This document shows, piece by piece, positions 26,603 through 35,943 of a stretch of 58,747 nt of DNA. The notes below the pieces were generated by a model. The model did no database searches. It saw only the letters and a list, made by a program, of their open reading frames with translations, and had not been told where the DNA came from. Numbering within the stretch: the stretch's first letter is position 1; each line of letters opens with the position of its first letter. The position numbers were made by a program, and so were the translations under genes. The stretch lies in the NCBI GenBank assembly GCA_049512935.1, contig JBEKWR010000013.1, positions 1 to 58,747 of the forward strand, read 5' to 3'. This DNA comes from Candidatus Bathyarchaeia archaeon (lineage in GTDB: Archaea; Thermoproteota; Bathyarchaeia; Bathyarchaeales; Bathycorpusculaceae).

Positions 26603-29413
26603 TTATGGTTTTCTCCGAACCATCATCAGCATAAGGACTGCGCCGATTATGATGATGACGATGATTATCGCTACGATTCCGTACGTTAGTGTGGTATTTG
26701 AGGCTAAGCCACTGGGTGGTGATGCTGTTGGCGCTGGAGAGGCTGCGGCTTTTTCAACTGTGAAAGATGTTTCAGCTGAAGATTGATAGTAACCGTTGTT
26801 GCCCGCGAAAGCTGCAGTGACAGTGAAGTTGCCTGGAATATCAGGAGTCCAAGTCAAGGTGTATGTGCCGGTTGCATCAGTTGTTGCTGTGCCTATGACT
26901 CTGGTGTTGCCGTTAGAATCGTGGACAGTTATCGAAACTGGAACGCCTGTGAAGTTAGTTGGTTCAGGTTGCTGCTGGTAAACATACTCCATCCATTGGC
27001 TCATGCTGGCGTCGGATGCGCATGGAACTCCGTGTGGGAAGTCTGCTGCTTGTTGAGCCTGCGTTGTGCCTGCGGATATGTCCATGACTGTGCCGCTTAT
27101 TACTACTGGTTGTCCATACGCTAGACCAGCGTCTGGTGCCGTAACTGTGGTAGAGCTTGGTCCCATGCCTACAACGTAGATTTGGTTGTCATAGCCATTG
27201 AACCATGTGTTGTACCCGTCTGCCATCGCGTAGCTCATAGCTGAGAATTCGCCGGTGTAGTCTGAGATTGTCCATATCTGCGCGCCTGTTGTTGCGTTGA
27301 TAGCAATTGCTTGAGCGCCCTTGTAGATTGGAGTGTTAATGGTGTGTTCGGATGCAACGACGTAGATGACTCCGTTACCAACGGCCTGTATGAACGTTGG
27401 ATAATCGCCGAAAGGCGTGTTAGGACCGGATGCAGTACTGTTGCCTTCGCCGCCGTTACCATAGGTGAAGAGGAGTTTTCCAGTCAAATCGTTGTAGCAG
27501 TAGAGTATTCCAGAGTATCCCATGCTGTAGAGGTTCCCGTAAGCGCATTGTCCCTGAATCAGGGGTGTGATTGGGTTGCCGTAGTAGTCAAGTGGATTTT
27601 GAGACGGAGTTGGACCCCAGATTTGCTTGCCTGTGGTTAGGCTGTATCCTACCCACTGCATGGTTTGCGCCCAGCCTTCGGTGAAGACGCCTGTCTCTGG
27701 ATCAGTTGGACCTAGTAAGACGGTTACGTTGCCTGGCGGTGCTTGAACTGTATTCGTCCACATTACTGAGCCCACTGCGCCTCTTGTAGAGTTCAGGTTG
27801 ATAGCAAAGTATTGGTAAGGTGCGCTGCTGATAGTGCTGTCTAGCGTGCTAATTTCAGTGTTCGGCATGGTGCCACTTTCGCATAGTATCATGTTGCCGT
27901 AGTACTCCGCAATCTGGTCTGCTGACGAGAATGAAGCTGGGATGTCGCTTGCTGGTGTTATTGTAATGTTCTGTGACGAGTGGAAGCCGTTTGCGTTTAT
28001 AGCCCCTAGATAGTCGTACATGCTTCCCGCGCCTAAATTGACCGTATTAGTGTATGTTACAGGGACATATGTAAATGTAGCAAAGCTGAATACTTCAAGG
28101 GTAAAGGTGGTTGTATCAGGGCTTGGCGAGCCTCCACCGGTTTCAACGTTCCAGTTCCAAATGTTAGACGAGTTCCACTCTGCAAGCTGCCAGTTTGGAC
28201 TTGCAACTGTTCCTATGTTAGTGATGACATAGCCTAAGATTTCCCCGTTTGGACCCAACGTTAATGGACCCATGCTGGGCATGTTGGCACAGGCGAACAG
28301 AGCTGTTCCTGTCCATGCATCGTAAGCTTCCGCAAAGCTGGCTGTGAACAGAATTGGCTGCTCAACTCCTTTTTGGTTGGGGTTTTGAGCGTCATAGATG
28401 TAACCGAATGAAAGTGCAGGTACGTTGGCATTGTACCAGAGTTGCTGTCCTGTCTGCAGGTTAACGGCGTAAGTTCCACCGCCCTGTCCTGCTCCGTTAT
28501 AATCGTAACCTAGCGGTGCAGTGTAGTAGAGTATTCCATCCATTATTATCGGGTTGTCATATCTTTGAATGTAAGCTGAACCTTCGAAGTAGCTGTCTCC
28601 CGCAATTTGGAAGTTGTCTCCTCCGACGATTCCTCCTTGATCAAGCGGCTTTGTCCACATGATGTGGCTTGTCATAGAGCCGACAGCGTCGCCTGGATAT
28701 CTATTGAGCCCTGCGCCTGTAAATAGACTGTTCGCACCGTAAGCGGCGATGGCGCCTGAACCGACGCAAGATTCAACGGGTGAACCGGAGCCTAGCCAGT
28801 TGGACGAAACTGTATACCAGTTAGAGTTGTAGCCGTATATGGGGCGTGTCCAGTAAGCCGTTGGAAGCGGAGTTGTTGGATATCCGGGTATTGCTGTTTG
28901 CTGTACAGTGATTGTTACTTGTGCGCTGCTTGGCAGGTAAGTGTCGCCGAGGTATGGTTCAGGTTCAGAAACTCCAAAAAGAGTTACAACCTGAGTATCA
29001 TGTGCGTATTCATTAAAGGGTTGCCCTGGGAAAGTGAAGTTGAAAGTGTACGTGCCAGTTTGGGTGGGAGTGTACGAGTAGTCCTGATCTGACGTTGGGT
29101 CTGAGACAGTGGAAAAAGTAACTTCTGTTGTTTTTCCGTTAGGCGGCGTAATGAAGAGTTCGTAGTTGTGGAATCTGTAATCGTTTCCCAATCCTGATTC
29201 TGGCGAGAAGAGGTTGGTTAGCCACATGATAACGAGTACTGGTTGATTCACGCCTGTTGGGTTAGGTGCAACACTGATGTAAGCGTACGTTGGAAGATTA
29301 GTGCTTGATGTTTGCGCTCTAGCGCTGGGCATTAGCATAAGAGAAGCAGACATTGAAAATGTTAAGAATATCGCAATCGCAATAGCTGCTGTTTTGTTTT
29401 TACCAATTTGCAT
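26603..29413 (-). CDS. Secreted, C-terminally anchored PQQ-like beta-propeller protein with Ig-like domains
   Basis: Signal peptide; repeated A-x-[ND]-x-x-TG-x-x-x-W motifs; YTLTWTPDIPG Ig-like domain; C-terminal TM followed by RRKP. Confidence 0.85.
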   Translation of the reverse strand: MQIGKNKTAAIAIAIFLTFSMSASLMLMPSARAQTSSTNLPTYAYISVAPNPTGVNQPVLVIMWLTNLFSPESGLGNDYRFHNYELFITPPNGKTTEVTFSTVSDPTSDQDYSYTPTQTGTYTFNFTFPGQPFNEYAHDTQVVTLFGVSEPEPYLGDTYLPSSAQVTITVQQTAIPGYPTTPLPTAYWTRPIYGYNSNWYTVSSNWLGSGSPVESCVGSGAIAAYGANSLFTGAGLNRYPGDAVGSMTSHIMWTKPLDQGGIVGGDNFQIAGDSYFEGSAYIQRYDNPIIMDGILYYTAPLGYDYNGAGQGGGTYAVNLQTGQQLWYNANVPALSFGYIYDAQNPNQKGVEQPILFTASFAEAYDAWTGTALFACANMPSMGPLTLGPNGEILGYVITNIGTVASPNWQLAEWNSSNIWNWNVETGGGSPSPDTTTFTLEVFSFATFTYVPVTYTNTVNLGAGSMYDYLGAINANGFHSSQNITITPASDIPASFSSADQIAEYYGNMILCESGTMPNTEISTLDSTISSAPYQYFAINLNSTRGAVGSVMWTNTVQAPPGNVTVLLGPTDPETGVFTEGWAQTMQWVGYSLTTGKQIWGPTPSQNPLDYYGNPITPLIQGQCAYGNLYSMGYSGILYCYNDLTGKLLFTYGNGGEGNSTASGPNTPFGDYPTFIQAVGNGVIYVVASEHTINTPIYKGAQAIAINATTGAQIWTISDYTGEFSAMSYAMADGYNTWFNGYDNQIYVVGMGPSSTTVTAPDAGLAYGQPVVISGTVMDISAGTTQAQQAADFPHGVPCASDASMSQWMEYVYQQQPEPTNFTGVPVSITVHDSNGNTRVIGTATTDATGTYTLTWTPDIPGNFTVTAAFAGNNGYYQSSAETSFTVEKAAASPAPTASPPSGLASNTTLTYGIVAIIIVIIIIGAVLMLMMVRRKP

Positions 29414-29462
29414 TTTTTTTCTTTCTCCTTAAAATTTATATTTTATATTACAGAAAGAAAGT

Positions 29463-29477
29463 ATTTATAAACTTATT
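29463..29477 (-). promoter_or_regulatory. Probable BRE/TATA promoter of the beta-propeller gene
   Basis: Minus strand reads AATAAGTTTATAAAT about 50 nt upstream of ATG 29413; AAGGAG lies just before the start. Confidence 0.5.
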
Positions 29478-29939
29478 GCTAACTGTTCAAAAAAGCGCTT
29501 CCTTCGCCATAAAAAAGTTCTTTTTGATATTTTTTACATCCGAAGTCTACACTAAAAATTTACCTGAAAAGCTGAAGACCTCTAACCTGAAGCCACAGTT
29601 GGATTCCCAACAGATTTAAACCACTGAAAGCAGCGTTTATTGTCTTTTAGTCAGGGAAAGATGAAGTAATTCTTGCACGGCACAGGATTAATCAAAGTAA
29701 TGTTTGAGTACCAAGCAAGCCCTGTGTACTCACTGAAAAATAACGAAGTTGGTTGCAATATAAGAATCTTTTTGTTAAAAGTTGCGTTTGAACGACATTT
29801 TGAAACTTAATTCTCCGTCACTATCGTTCAGTAAAACGAATTTTCTGCTTTGATAAGCGACATTTTTATATGTAATGATAAGAAATTTTATATAAAGCGG
29901 CAGCGTGTTCCAGATATTTGATTTCAAGGGTTACTGAGT

Positions 29940-30971
29940 TTGGCGGCAAAAATAGATGAAATTGATTCGAAAATTCTTAGAATGCTACTTTTAGAGTCGC
30001 GAACAAGTTTCACAGACATTGCTAAGGAATGTAAAATTACCGTTACCGCAGTTAGAATGCGCTATAAACGTTTATGCAGGGACGACGTAATCACCGGCGA
30101 AACAATGCTCGTCAATCCTCACTCCTTGGGATATCAGCATATCGCTGATTTAGGAATAGTTACCGCTTTTGAAAACGAAACAGAAGTTAAAAAGTTTCTA
30201 GAAAGTAAACCATACATCGGCGAATTAATAGGTCCGATGGGTCAATACAGGTTTTGGGGAAAAGTTGCATTACGCGACTTGAACAAAATGCACGACATAA
30301 TTGAAGATTTAGAGTCTAACGGCGGCATTAAGCATGTTGACGCTCTTATCTGGGCAGAAGCAGTGAACATAGAGTTCCCTCAGAACCTAGTCATCAAGCC
30401 GATGGAGCATGATGATTCGCGAAAAATCATCGCGCAGCCTCCTTTAACTAACCATGGTCAAGCACCGCTTGACTTGGATGATACTGATAGAAAAATTGCA
30501 ATAATTCTCTCACAAAACTCCCGGACGCCTTTTAAAAGCATTTCAACGCAATTGCAGATTTCAAGCAAGACTGTGATTCAACGTTACGAAAAGCTTAGAA
30601 AAGGCTTGTTGACGCTTTCAACCATATCCGTCAACTTGAAAAAGCTTGGGTACAATGCGCTAGCCAACGTGTTCGTTAAAGTTTCAAATCGCAGCAAAAT
30701 GCCTGAGATACATTCACGGTTGCTTCAGATTCCCAACGTAATTGTTATCATAAGAACGATGGGTGCTTATGATTTATATTGCGCAGTCGTCGTTGAAGAT
30801 TTTGAGAAACTGTTTGAAGTCAAACGCAAAATCATAAATATCGTAGGTGTAGAGACGGCGGAAATCTTCCTAACATCAGTTCCGCGCGCTTGGCCTTTAA
30901 ACTTGTTCCCATCACTGCTTGAAAGCGAATGCATGAAACCGAAATATTGGGATACAAAACTAGAAAAATAA
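29940..30971 (+). CDS. Tandem (double) Lrp/AsnC transcriptional regulator
   Basis: Two HTH units (DEIDSKIL...SRTSFTDIA; DDTDRKIA...SRTPFKSI), each followed by a RAM-like domain; divergent from the propeller gene. Confidence 0.9.
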   Translation: MAAKIDEIDSKILRMLLLESRTSFTDIAKECKITVTAVRMRYKRLCRDDVITGETMLVNPHSLGYQHIADLGIVTAFENETEVKKFLESKPYIGELIGPMGQYRFWGKVALRDLNKMHDIIEDLESNGGIKHVDALIWAEAVNIEFPQNLVIKPMEHDDSRKIIAQPPLTNHGQAPLDLDDTDRKIAIILSQNSRTPFKSISTQLQISSKTVIQRYEKLRKGLLTLSTISVNLKKLGYNALANVFVKVSNRSKMPEIHSRLLQIPNVIVIIRTMGAYDLYCAVVVEDFEKLFEVKRKIINIVGVETAEIFLTSVPRAWPLNLFPSLLESECMKPKYWDTKLEK

Positions 30972-31246
30972 TTTGCCAGCCTTCCATAACCACCGAAGGT
31001 CAAAGTTGGAAAGTTTTGGTTGATTCTCCGTCGTTTCAAGCACTCAAAACTGGTCTTTTTCTGAACAAGAACAACCGCCAAGTAATGCTGTGAGAAGCAG
31101 CAAAATCTTGTGTGCTTGCATCAAAATGCGAGGCACTTAAAAGTTTGTCAAAAGTTTCTTCCGTTTCGTTTTTGGCTGAAAATGCGAAATGTTTAAGCAT
31201 CAAACATCTCCTTTTGAGGGATAAACAGTGAAGCTGTGAACAGAAA

Positions 31247-32632
31247 ATGAAGCCTCATGTAACCTTAGTTAACCCTGCCGCTCCCGTTGGCGCTGCAATG
31301 CACATGCCCTTCGCCCTGTTAGGTTTGGGGTATTTGGGTGCCGTTTTAGAAAAAAACGAGTACAAGGTTGACTTGATTGATTGCCAAGTGCTGAAGCTGT
31401 CTCTGGAAGATTTTAAAAGTGAGATTAGCAAGCGCCAACCAGATATTGTTGGGGTTACCTCTTCCACTCTAACGTACAACGCTGCGATGAAGTTGGTAAA
31501 GATTGCAAAAGAAGCTTGTCCCAACTGCATAACGGTTGCTGGTGGAGCACACGTAACGTTCTGGGATGATAAAGCGCTTGAGGAATGCCCAGAACTGGAC
31601 GTTGTCGTAAGGAAAGAGGGTGAAAACACGCTTTTGGAGTTGACTCAGAGGATAGAAGCAGGCAAAAGCTACTATGATGTCATCGGGACAACCTGCAGGA
31701 AAGAAGGAAAAATCGTTAAGAACCCAGACAGACCCTACATCGAAGACTTGGATTCTCTTCCGTTTCCAGCGCGGCATCTTTGGCCTATGGAGCGTTTTCG
31801 CGAATACGAGGACATCCTCTACCTTGCGACAAGCAGAGGCTGCGTCTACTGGTGCGAATTCTGCTCGACAGTAAGAATGCACGGACGCAAGTACCGCATG
31901 CGAAGCCCAAAAAACGTGGTGGACGAACTTGAGTACCTGCAAAAAACTTACGGCATCAGCAAGTTCACGTTCTGCGACGATGCGTTCACCGTTGACCAAG
32001 CGCGAACCGAGGCGCTCTGCAGCGAAATCCTAAAGCGCGGTTTAAAGATCGAGTGGAACTGCGGCACACGCGTTGACATGCTGACAAAAGAATTGCTCGC
32101 AAAGATGAAGGAGGCTGGATGCATCACTGTTTGGTTCGGCGTCGAGTCAGGCTCTCAGCAGGTTCTAGACGCCATGAAAAAAGGCATCACTCCCGAGTTA
32201 ACCATGAAAGTTCTCGGTTGGGTAAGAGAGTTGGGCATGAAGCCTATCCCAAACGTCATCTTAGGCTTTCCAGGAGAAACAAAAGAAAGCGCTTGGAAAA
32301 CTATAAAGTTCGTTGAGAAGATTGCTCCTGACGATTTAGCCTTCTACAACGTTGCCACGCCTTTTCCAGGAACCCCGATGTACGACACGGTTAAGGAAAA
32401 AGGCTGGCTCAAAGTAACCAACTTTGACATGTACGACACGACACACCCCACTTTTGAGACACCGTGGCTCAGCATGAAAGACCTTGGCAAGTTGCGTGAA
32501 GGGGCGTTTCATCACTTCTACCTGCGACGAGCATACTTCTGGGATAAAAGAAGAAGATTCAAAACGTACACGCCGCTGATTGTTGCATCAAACCTCATCG
32601 CCGACATTAAACTTAAATTGAGAAGAAGTTAA
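31247..32632 (+). CDS. Cobalamin-dependent radical SAM enzyme (close paralog of 21163-22575)
   Basis: LGLGYLGAVL, GGAHVTFWDDKAL, TSRGCVYWCEFC, FGVESGS. Confidence 0.93.
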   Translation: MKPHVTLVNPAAPVGAAMHMPFALLGLGYLGAVLEKNEYKVDLIDCQVLKLSLEDFKSEISKRQPDIVGVTSSTLTYNAAMKLVKIAKEACPNCITVAGGAHVTFWDDKALEECPELDVVVRKEGENTLLELTQRIEAGKSYYDVIGTTCRKEGKIVKNPDRPYIEDLDSLPFPARHLWPMERFREYEDILYLATSRGCVYWCEFCSTVRMHGRKYRMRSPKNVVDELEYLQKTYGISKFTFCDDAFTVDQARTEALCSEILKRGLKIEWNCGTRVDMLTKELLAKMKEAGCITVWFGVESGSQQVLDAMKKGITPELTMKVLGWVRELGMKPIPNVILGFPGETKESAWKTIKFVEKIAPDDLAFYNVATPFPGTPMYDTVKEKGWLKVTNFDMYDTTHPTFETPWLSMKDLGKLREGAFHHFYLRRAYFWDKRRRFKTYTPLIVASNLIADIKLKLRRS

Positions 32633-32820
32633 GAAAACAACGTTCGACTAATGCTCGCGCTATGCTGGTACTGAACTCTGGGCAGGGAATAAGGCACTAT
32701 TTATCTTGTGACTGCTAAGTCACCCGAGACGCCGACAACATGAAGCCGAAAGAAAATGCTTGCGCCGCGACCGTAATTGATATTAGTTTTTGACAGCAAT
32801 GTTAGCGTAACTCTCGGCTG

Positions 32821-33807
32821 GTGTCAAACATAATAAACATACTAATCGCAATCGCCGTCTTGGCCTTAGCCATCGTCTTAGACTTAGTTGTCGGCGACCC
32901 GTCTCCGAATTATCCTGACAGGTGGGTTTTCAAGCTTCACCCAACCGTGTTGATGGGCAATTTCACGAAGAAAATTGAGCCATACTTCAAAAGTCCAGAC
33001 CCGAAAATAGAGAAGTTTCTCGGCGTGCTCTTGGCGCTGACGGTGATCTGCGCCTTTGCTGTTCCAGCGTATTTTGGTTTGTGGGCGCTCTACACTTACG
33101 TCAGCATCTTCGTTTACGCGTTCTTCGGCATCATACTGCTGAAGATGACTATCTGCATTAAGCTTGAAACTGACTGGGCAAAGGCGGCTGCCAAGGCAAT
33201 TCAGGCAGACGAGGTTGAGGAGGCGAAGAAGTACAGCCACTTCTCAAGAAGAGACTCAACAAACCTCAACGGAAGGCAGATGTGCAGCGCAGTCATCGAG
33301 TCCATGGCTGAAAACCTGATTGACTTCAAACTCTCACCCATGATGTCCTTCGCCCTGTTCGGCGTCACAGGAGCAATTGCTTTTCGGGCCATAAACACGC
33401 TTGACGGGACCGTCGGCTTCAAAGACAAAGAGCACATTAACACGGGTTGGTTCAGTGCGAACTTGGACACCGTCGTCAACTACATTCCGACGAGGCTAAC
33501 TGCCATGCTAATGATTGTGTCGGCTGCCCTGCTGCGGATGGACGCGAAGAACGCTTGGAGAATAGCGCGCAGAGACCACAAGAAGACGCCGAGCAGGAAC
33601 CACGGTTGGCCGATGGCTGCGATGGCTGGCGCGTTGCGGGTGCAGTTGGAGAAGCCTGGGTAGTACGTTCTCGGGGACAGCCAGGAGCCCCTGTCTGGTG
33701 ACAAGATTCGTGGTGCCTTGCGGGTCAGGGACGTGACGATTCTTTTGTGGGCGTTTATCTGCGTCGGCGTCATCGTTGGCGTGCGGCTTTACTTTGTGCC
33801 TATTTAG
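32821..33807 (+). pseudogene. cbiB: Adenosylcobinamide-phosphate synthase CbiB with in-frame TAG at 33661-33663 (nonsense allele, sequencing error or readthrough)
   Basis: GDP...HP, IESMAENLID, FRAINTLDG, LDTVVNYIPTRL, SRNHGWPMAAMAGAL, LEKPG*YVLGD...; the frame continues as a CbiB-like C-terminal TM to TAG at 33807. Confidence 0.85.
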
Positions 33808-33861
33808 TGCAAAGTTTTAATCGCAGCCCATTGGTATTTATGGTTTCAGAAGTGCCATGGC

Positions 33862-35313
33862 ATGCGCGTTTGCTTGATTAATCCGCCTCGAATCCAGCCT
33901 AAGGCTTGGGGGAAACCGAACGTTGTTCCGCCTATACTGTTGGCTTCGGTTGCTGCTGTTCTTGAGAAGAGGCATGTTGCGTCGATTATTGATGCGTCGA
34001 CTGAGGGTTGGAGGAACGTTGAGGAGCTGGATGAAACTAAATACCGTGCCGGTTTAAGCGCTCAGGCAATTGCTGAACGCGTCGGCAAGTGGGGCGCTGA
34101 CGTCGTCGTTATTGAGATTCCGTTTTCTGGTTGGTCGAAGACCGCTTTTGAAGTTGTGCACGCTATTAAGGCGGTAAACGCTAAAGTTGTTGTCGTGTTG
34201 ATTGGTCAGCATCCCTCCGCGCGGCCTGAAGCTTGCCTTTCAGATTTGGATGTTGATTTCGTCGTGATCGGCGAGCCTGAGATGACGGTTCTTGAGCTTG
34301 TCAACGCGCTTGAGGATGGCGTAAGTGATTTCGGCGGCGTCGACGGTTTAGGCTTCAGGAAGGATGGGAAGCCGACTCTTACGGGCAAGCGCGCGATCAT
34401 AGCGGATATGGATTCTTTGCCTTTTCCCGCTAGGCACCTGTTGCCGATGGAGTTGTACAACGAGGTGGTCCGGGAGAACCCTTTGCGCGGCGAGGTCAGC
34501 AAGCCGTGGACTATAGTTACGACCAGCAGGGGTTGCCCGTACAGATGCGTGTTCTGCACAAGCTTTCTTGTTTGGGGCAGAAAGTGGCGTGCGAGAAGCG
34601 CCAGGAACGTGGTGGATGAGCTTGAGAGCGTGGTGAAGACTTACGGGGTTAAGCAGGTTGACTTCTACGATGAGAACATGACGCTGGACAAGAAGCGCGT
34701 GGCGGACATCTGCGACCTAATCGTTGAGCGAGGCCTGCACATCGAATGGTTCACGCCTAACGGGGTTAGGGCGGACACTTTGGATGAGCCGCTGCTTCGG
34801 AAGATGAAGAGGTCTGGCTGCAGAAAGATCCGTGTGGCTCCCGAATCGGGCGTTCAACGGGTCGTTAACGACGTGATCGGCAAGAACCTGGATTTGACGG
34901 CTGTCGAGCGGGCTGTTGTCTTGTGCAGGAAGGTCGGCGTCAAGGTGGGCTGCTTCTTCGTGTTGGGTTTGATCGGCGAAACCAAGGCGGACATTGAAGC
35001 GACGATCAAGTTTGCGTACAAGCTTAGGCGTTTAGGCGCTGACAGCCTCATATTCAGCATAGCCATGCCCATCTACGGGACGGCGTTGTACGAGCAGGCG
35101 AAGCAGGGCGGGTACCTGCGGGAAGGGTTCTGCGACTACGCGTTGGCCGCGACGGAGCCGCTGATTGAGACGCCCGAGTGGTCGGCTGAGGATCTGATGC
35201 GGCTGTGCGCGAGGGCGAACATGGCGAACCCCACGTTTACCAGAGCCAAGATCGCAAGAGGCATACGGCACCCCAAAAAGACCCTCAAGATACTGCTTAA
35301 AAGAACAGGCTAG
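33862..35313 (+). CDS. Cobalamin-dependent radical SAM enzyme
   Basis: LINPP, GQHPS, GEPE, TSRGCPYRCVFC, FYDEN, APESG. Confidence 0.92.
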   Translation: MRVCLINPPRIQPKAWGKPNVVPPILLASVAAVLEKRHVASIIDASTEGWRNVEELDETKYRAGLSAQAIAERVGKWGADVVVIEIPFSGWSKTAFEVVHAIKAVNAKVVVVLIGQHPSARPEACLSDLDVDFVVIGEPEMTVLELVNALEDGVSDFGGVDGLGFRKDGKPTLTGKRAIIADMDSLPFPARHLLPMELYNEVVRENPLRGEVSKPWTIVTTSRGCPYRCVFCTSFLVWGRKWRARSARNVVDELESVVKTYGVKQVDFYDENMTLDKKRVADICDLIVERGLHIEWFTPNGVRADTLDEPLLRKMKRSGCRKIRVAPESGVQRVVNDVIGKNLDLTAVERAVVLCRKVGVKVGCFFVLGLIGETKADIEATIKFAYKLRRLGADSLIFSIAMPIYGTALYEQAKQGGYLREGFCDYALAATEPLIETPEWSAEDLMRLCARANMANPTFTRAKIARGIRHPKKTLKILLKRTG

Positions 35314-35404
35314 AAGAGAGAGCAGAGAAGCCTGAATCAACATATCCCATATTTGTGATGGTTTCTGGTCACAAATACTAGACCCCCTCCCTCCGTCTTT
35401 GAAA

Positions 35405-35499
35405 CCATCTTTACAATGGAATTTTGATGTAAATAGTAGACCCCCTCCCCCCTTAGGCGGCTTCCGCTCGGGGTTTGTTTTGGGTTGCTTTTTTGGTTT
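35405..35499 (-). repeat. 95-bp dispersed intergenic repeat, copy 2 (inverted)
   Basis: Reverse complement of 23628-23722; an extra TAGACCCCCTCCC sub-motif lies at about 35379-35391. Confidence 0.93.
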
Positions 35500-35668
35500 A
35501 GGGCTTGAAAACGCAATTAGGCTGTGGAAGAGCCGTTGGTAGAAATGCATCGAAAGCGCTCGCGAAGCATATTTGGGGGATCTAGAGGAGCCAAATAGGC
35601 AAGCAGGCAAGAGCCAAGATACAGTTTCTCGCAAGTTTTATAATGCCCTTCAGGGCTCTTATTGCGGC

Positions 35669-35932
35669 ATGAACCGTTCAACCAGCAGACTAATGCTTAT
35701 CGTCAAGGTCATTGGCGAAACGCTGTTCCTCTTCGGGTTGCTAGCGTGGCTTAACGGCGTAGTCATACAGTTTACTCACCCCGACTGGCTGCCGCTGCCC
35801 GTCTCGCACCTTCTCAACGTCAGAACAGACACCTTCACCATAATAATGTTCTTCGTCAGCGCCTTCGGATTCTTCGTCTGGAGACTCATGGCGGAACTGC
35901 TTAAGTCAGAGCAGAACAAACCAGCACAGTGA
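35669..35932 (+). CDS. Small two-TM membrane protein
   Basis: ATG 35669; two hydrophobic helices (GETLFLFGLLAWLNGVVI; FTIIMFFVSAFGFFVW). Confidence 0.65.
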   Translation: MNRSTSRLMLIVKVIGETLFLFGLLAWLNGVVIQFTHPDWLPLPVSHLLNVRTDTFTIIMFFVSAFGFFVWRLMAELLKSEQNKPAQ

Positions 35933-35943
35933 CCGAGCCCGTT

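Noticed and set aside
29480-29939. ncRNA or riboswitch in the long AT-rich intergenic region
   Set aside because: No convincing stems or known consensus; short CGACATTTT repeats may be Lrp sites but are too weak to call.
33661-33663. Genome-wide TAG recoding (pyrrolysine code)
   Set aside because: Several genes end at TAG at normal family length (tes 3411, cobY 8186, DUF362 10646, rSAM 41640, propeller 43948), and only one internal TAG was noticed.
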